This document shows, in pieces, positions 59,996-64,000 of a stretch of 64,000 bases of DNA. The stretch lies in assembly GCF_054482595.1 (NCBI RefSeq), contig NZ_CM137008.1; one strand, given 5' to 3'. The notes below the pieces were generated by a model, which saw nothing but the letters and a program-made list of their open reading frames with translations, was not told where the DNA came from and ran no database searches. The first letter of the stretch is position 1. The number at the start of each line of letters is the position of its first letter. A program made the position numbers and the translations under genes.

Positions 59996-62578
59996 ATGCA
60001 AGAGCAATACCGCCCGGAAGAGATAGAATCCAAAGTACAGCTTCATTGGGATGAGAAGCGCACATTTGAAGTAACCGAAGACGAGAGCAAAGAGAAGTAT
60101 TACTGCCTGTCTATGCTTCCCTATCCTTCTGGTCGACTACACATGGGCCACGTACGTAACTACACCATCGGTGACGTGATCGCCCGTTACCAGCGCATGC
60201 TGGGCAAAAACGTTCTGCAGCCGATCGGCTGGGACGCGTTTGGTCTGCCTGCGGAAGGCGCGGCGGTGAAAAACAACACCGCTCCGGCACCGTGGACGTA
60301 CGACAACATCGCGTATATGAAAAACCAGCTCAAAATGCTGGGCTTTGGTTATGACTGGAGCCGCGAGCTGGCAACCTGTACGCCGGAATACTACCGTTGG
60401 GAACAGAAATTCTTCACCGAGCTGTATAAAAAAGGCCTGGTATATAAGAAGACTTCTGCGGTCAACTGGTGCCCGAACGACCAGACCGTACTGGCGAACG
60501 AACAAGTTATCGACGGCTGCTGCTGGCGCTGCGATACCAAAGTTGAACGTAAAGAGATCCCGCAGTGGTTTATCAAAATCACTGCTTACGCTGACGAGCT
60601 GCTCAACGATCTGGATAAACTGGATCACTGGCCAGACACCGTTAAAACCATGCAGCGTAACTGGATCGGTCGTTCCGAAGGCGTGGAAATCACCTTCAAC
60701 GTTAACGACTATGACAACACGCTGACCGTTTACACTACCCGCCCGGACACCTTTATGGGTTGTACCTACCTGGCGGTAGCTGCGGGTCATCCGCTGGCGC
60801 AGAAAGCGGCAGAAAATAATCCTGAACTGGCGGCCTTTATTGACGAATGCCGTAACACCAAAGTTGCCGAAGCTGAAATGGCGACGATGGAGAAAAAAGG
60901 CGTCGATACTGGCTTTAAAGCTGTTCACCCATTAACGGGCGAAGAAATTCCCGTTTGGGCAGCAAACTTCGTATTGATGGAGTACGGCACGGGCGCAGTT
61001 ATGGCGGTTCCGGGTCACGACCAGCGCGACTACGAGTTTGCCTCTAAATACGGCCTGAACATCAAACCGGTTATCCTGGCAGCTGACGGCTCTGAGCCAG
61101 ATCTTTCTCAACAAGCCCTGACTGAAAAAGGCGTGCTGTTCAACTCTGGCGAGTTCAACGGTCTTGACCATGAAGCGGCCTTCAACGCCATCGCCGATAA
61201 ACTGACTGCGATGGGCGTTGGCGAGCGTAAAGTGAACTACCGCCTGCGCGACTGGGGTGTTTCCCGTCAGCGTTACTGGGGCGCGCCGATTCCGATGGTG
61301 ACGCTGGAAGACGGTACCGTAATGCCGACCCCGGACGACCAGCTGCCGGTGATCCTGCCGGAAGATGTGGTAATGGACGGCATTACCAGCCCGATTAAAG
61401 CAGATCCGGAGTGGGCGAAAACTACCGTTAACGGTATGCCAGCACTGCGTGAAACCGACACTTTCGACACCTTTATGGAGTCCTCCTGGTACTATGCGCG
61501 CTACACTTGCCCGCAGTACAAAGAAGGTATGCTGGATTCCGAAGCGGCTAACTACTGGCTGCCGGTGGATATCTACATTGGTGGTATCGAACACGCCATT
61601 ATGCACCTGCTCTACTTCCGCTTCTTCCACAAACTGATGCGTGATGCAGGCATGGTGAACTCTGACGAACCAGCGAAACAGTTGCTGTGTCAGGGTATGG
61701 TGCTGGCAGATGCCTTCTACTATGTTGGCGAAAACGGCGAACGTAACTGGGTTTCCCCGGTTGATGCTATCGTTGAACGTGACGAGAAAGGCCGTATCGT
61801 GAAAGTGAAAGATGCGGCAGGCCATGAACTGGTTTATACCGGCATGAGCAAAATGTCCAAGTCGAAGAACAACGGTATCGACCCGCAGGTGATGGTTGAA
61901 CGTTACGGCGCGGACACCGTTCGTCTGTTTATGATGTTTGCTTCTCCGGCTGATATGACTCTCGAATGGCAGGAGTCCGGCGTGGAAGGGGCTAACCGCT
62001 TCCTGAAACGTGTCTGGAAACTGGTGTACGAGCATACTGCGAAAGGTGATGTTGCGGCACTGAACGTTGATGCACTGACTGAAGATCAGAAAGCGCTGCG
62101 TCGCGATGTGCATAAAACTATCGCTAAAGTGACCGATGATATCGGCCGTCGTCAGACCTTCAACACCGCAATTGCGGCGATTATGGAGCTGATGAACAAA
62201 CTGGCGAAAGCACCGACCGATGGCGAGCAGGATCGCGCTCTGATGCAGGAAGCACTGCTGGCCGTTGTCCGTATGCTTAACCCGTTCACCCCGCACATTT
62301 GCTTCACGCTGTGGCAGGAACTGAAAGGCGAAGGCGATATCGACAACGCGCCGTGGCCGGTTGCTGACGAAAAAGCGATGGTGGAAGACTCCACGCTGGT
62401 CGTGGTGCAGGTTAACGGTAAAGTCCGTGCCAAAATCACCGTTCCGGTGGACGCAACGGAAGAACAGGTTCGCGAACGTGCTGGCCAGGAACATCTGGTA
62501 GCAAAATATCTTGATGGCGTTACTGTACGTAAAGTGATTTACGTACCAGGTAAACTCCTCAATCTGGTCGTTGGCTAA
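59996..62578 (+). CDS. leuS: Leucyl-tRNA synthetase
   Basis: 860 aa from [11 protein letters not shown] (ATG at 59996); HMGH and KMSKS motifs. Confidence 0.95.
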   Translation: MQEQYRPEEIESKVQLHWDEKRTFEVTEDESKEKYYCLSMLPYPSGRLHMGHVRNYTIGDVIARYQRMLGKNVLQPIGWDAFGLPAEGAAVKNNTAPAPWTYDNIAYMKNQLKMLGFGYDWSRELATCTPEYYRWEQKFFTELYKKGLVYKKTSAVNWCPNDQTVLANEQVIDGCCWRCDTKVERKEIPQWFIKITAYADELLNDLDKLDHWPDTVKTMQRNWIGRSEGVEITFNVNDYDNTLTVYTTRPDTFMGCTYLAVAAGHPLAQKAAENNPELAAFIDECRNTKVAEAEMATMEKKGVDTGFKAVHPLTGEEIPVWAANFVLMEYGTGAVMAVPGHDQRDYEFASKYGLNIKPVILAADGSEPDLSQQALTEKGVLFNSGEFNGLDHEAAFNAIADKLTAMGVGERKVNYRLRDWGVSRQRYWGAPIPMVTLEDGTVMPTPDDQLPVILPEDVVMDGITSPIKADPEWAKTTVNGMPALRETDTFDTFMESSWYYARYTCPQYKEGMLDSEAANYWLPVDIYIGGIEHAIMHLLYFRFFHKLMRDAGMVNSDEPAKQLLCQGMVLADAFYYVGENGERNWVSPVDAIVERDEKGRIVKVKDAAGHELVYTGMSKMSKSKNNGIDPQVMVERYGADTVRLFMMFASPADMTLEWQESGVEGANRFLKRVWKLVYEHTAKGDVAALNVDALTEDQKALRRDVHKTIAKVTDDIGRRQTFNTAIAAIMELMNKLAKAPTDGEQDRALMQEALLAVVRMLNPFTPHICFTLWQELKGEGDIDNAPWPVADEKAMVEDSTLVVVQVNGKVRAKITVPVDATEEQVRERAGQEHLVAKYLDGVTVRKVIYVPGKLLNLVVG

Positions 62579-62592
62579 GCGCGGGAGGAAGC

Positions 62593-63174
62593 GTGCGATA
62601 TCTGGCAACATTGTTGTTATCTCTGGCGGTGTTAATCACCGCCGGGTGTGGCTGGCATCTGCGTGACACCACGCAGGTTCCTTCCACTATGAAGGTCATG
62701 ATCCTGGACTCAGGCGATCCGAACGGGCCATTAAGCCGTGCGGTGCGTAACCAGTTACGTCTGAATGGTGTCGAGTTGCTTGATAAAGAAACCACGCGTA
62801 AGGACGTTCCATCCCTGCGTTTGGGTAAAGTGAGCATCGCGAAAGATACCGCATCGGTATTCCGTAACGGTCAAACAGCAGAGTATCAGATGATCATGAC
62901 GGTGAATGCGACCGTGTTGATCCCCGGCCGTGATATCTACCCGATTAGCGCCAAAGTCTTCCGTTCGTTCTTTGATAACCCGCAAATGGCGTTAGCGAAA
63001 GATAACGAACAAGACATGATCGTAAAAGAGATGTACGACCGTGCTGCCGAACAGCTGATTCGTAAGCTGCCAAGCATCCGTGCTGCGGATATTCGTTCCG
63101 ACGAAGAACAGACGTCGACCACAACGGATACTCCGGCAACGCCTGCACGCGTCTCCACCACGCTGGGTAACTGA
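62593..63174 (+). CDS. lptE: LPS assembly lipoprotein LptE (RlpB)
   Basis: 193 aa; GTG start; lipobox LITAGC. Confidence 0.92.
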
Positions 63175-64000
63175 TGATTCGGTTGTACCCGGAACAACTC
63201 CGCGCGCAGCTCAATGAAGGGCTGCGCGCGGCGTATCTTTTACTTGGTAACGATCCTCTGTTATTGCAGGAAAGCCAGGACGCTGTTCGTCAGGTAGCTG
63301 CGGCACAAGGATTCGAAGAACACCACACTTTTTCCATTGATCCCAACACTGACTGGAATGCGATCTTTTCGTTATGCCAGGCTATGAGTCTGTTTGCCAG
63401 TCGACAAACGCTATTGCTGTTGTTACCAGAAAACGGACCGAATGCGGCGATCAATGAACAACTTCTCACACTCACCGGACTTCTGCATGACGACCTGCTG
63501 TTGATCGTCCGCGGTAATAAATTAAGCAAAGCGCAAGAAAATGCCGCCTGGTTTACTGCTCTTGCGAATCGCAGCGTGCAGGTGACCTGTCAGACACCGG
63601 AGCAGGCTCAGCTTCCCCGCTGGGTTGCTGCGCGCGCAAAACAACTCAACTTAGAACTGGATGACGCTGCAAATCAGGTGCTCTGCTACTGTTATGAAGG
63701 TAACCTGCTGGCGCTGGCCCAGGCACTGGAGCGTTTATCGCTGCTCTGGCCAGACGGCAAACTGACATTACCGCGCGTTGAACAGGCGGTGAATGATGCC
63801 GCGCATTTCACCCCTTTTCATTGGGTTGATGCTTTGTTGATGGGAAAAAGTAAGCGCGCGTTGCATATTCTTCAGCAACTGCGTCTGGAAGGCAGCGAGC
63901 CGGTTATTTTGTTGCGCACATTACAACGTGAACTGTTGTTACTGGTTAACCTGAAACGCCAGTCTGCCCATACGCCACTGCGTGCGTTGTTTGATAAGCA
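63174..64000 (+). CDS. holA: DNA polymerase III delta subunit, 5' portion; gene runs off the window end
   Basis: ATG at 63174 overlaps the lptE stop (TGATG); translation [39 protein letters not shown]...; no stop within the window. Confidence 0.9.
   Translation, partial: MIRLYPEQLRAQLNEGLRAAYLLLGNDPLLLQESQDAVRQVAAAQGFEEHHTFSIDPNTDWNAIFSLCQAMSLFASRQTLLLLLPENGPNAAINEQLLTLTGLLHDDLLLIVRGNKLSKAQENAAWFTALANRSVQVTCQTPEQAQLPRWVAARAKQLNLELDDAANQVLCYCYEGNLLALAQALERLSLLWPDGKLTLPRVEQAVNDAAHFTPFHWVDALLMGKSKRALHILQQLRLEGSEPVILLRTLQRELLLLVNLKRQSAHTPLRALFDK

Noticed and set aside
60932-62611. 559-aa minus-strand ORF antisense to leuS
   Set aside because: Shadow ORF opposite a gene with clear class I synthetase motifs.

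Overview
This 64-kb window reads as Escherichia coli-type core chromosome (the ybgI-kdp-nag-leuS neighbourhood of the K-12 map, here in reverse orientation) with one accessory island at about 4.8-12.2 kb. Gene order: pxpB (5' fragment), ybgI, dtpD, phr/ybgA, then an Rhs element (HEAT-repeat ORF fragment, full-length ISAs1/H-repeat transposase, a small secreted-protein gene broken by an in-frame stop, a signal-peptide-bearing immunity candidate, and a 1399-aa Rhs protein with a low-GC C-terminal toxin domain), then ybfA, kdpFABCDE, pgm/seqA, ybfF-ybfE-fldA-uof-fur, chiQ/chiP, glnS, nagE/nagBACD, asnB, the seven-tRNA operon metT-leuW-glnU-glnW-metU-glnV-glnX, ubiF, miaB-ybeZ-ybeY-corC-lnt, gltIJKL (with the SroC region), rihA, hscC, the duplicated djlC-ybeU-ybeT / djlB-ybeR-ybeQ modules, ybeL, leuS-lptE and the start of holA. 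All core genes are full length against the lengths I remember for K-12; several start sites were corrected from the ORF track (GTG/TTG starts, internal ATGs). The most interesting material is the Rhs toxin/immunity island and, compared with K-12 from memory, the absence of the speF-potE block between kdpE and pgm. No CRISPR array, prophage or rRNA was seen. All identifications are from reading translations and motifs by eye; no database search was run.
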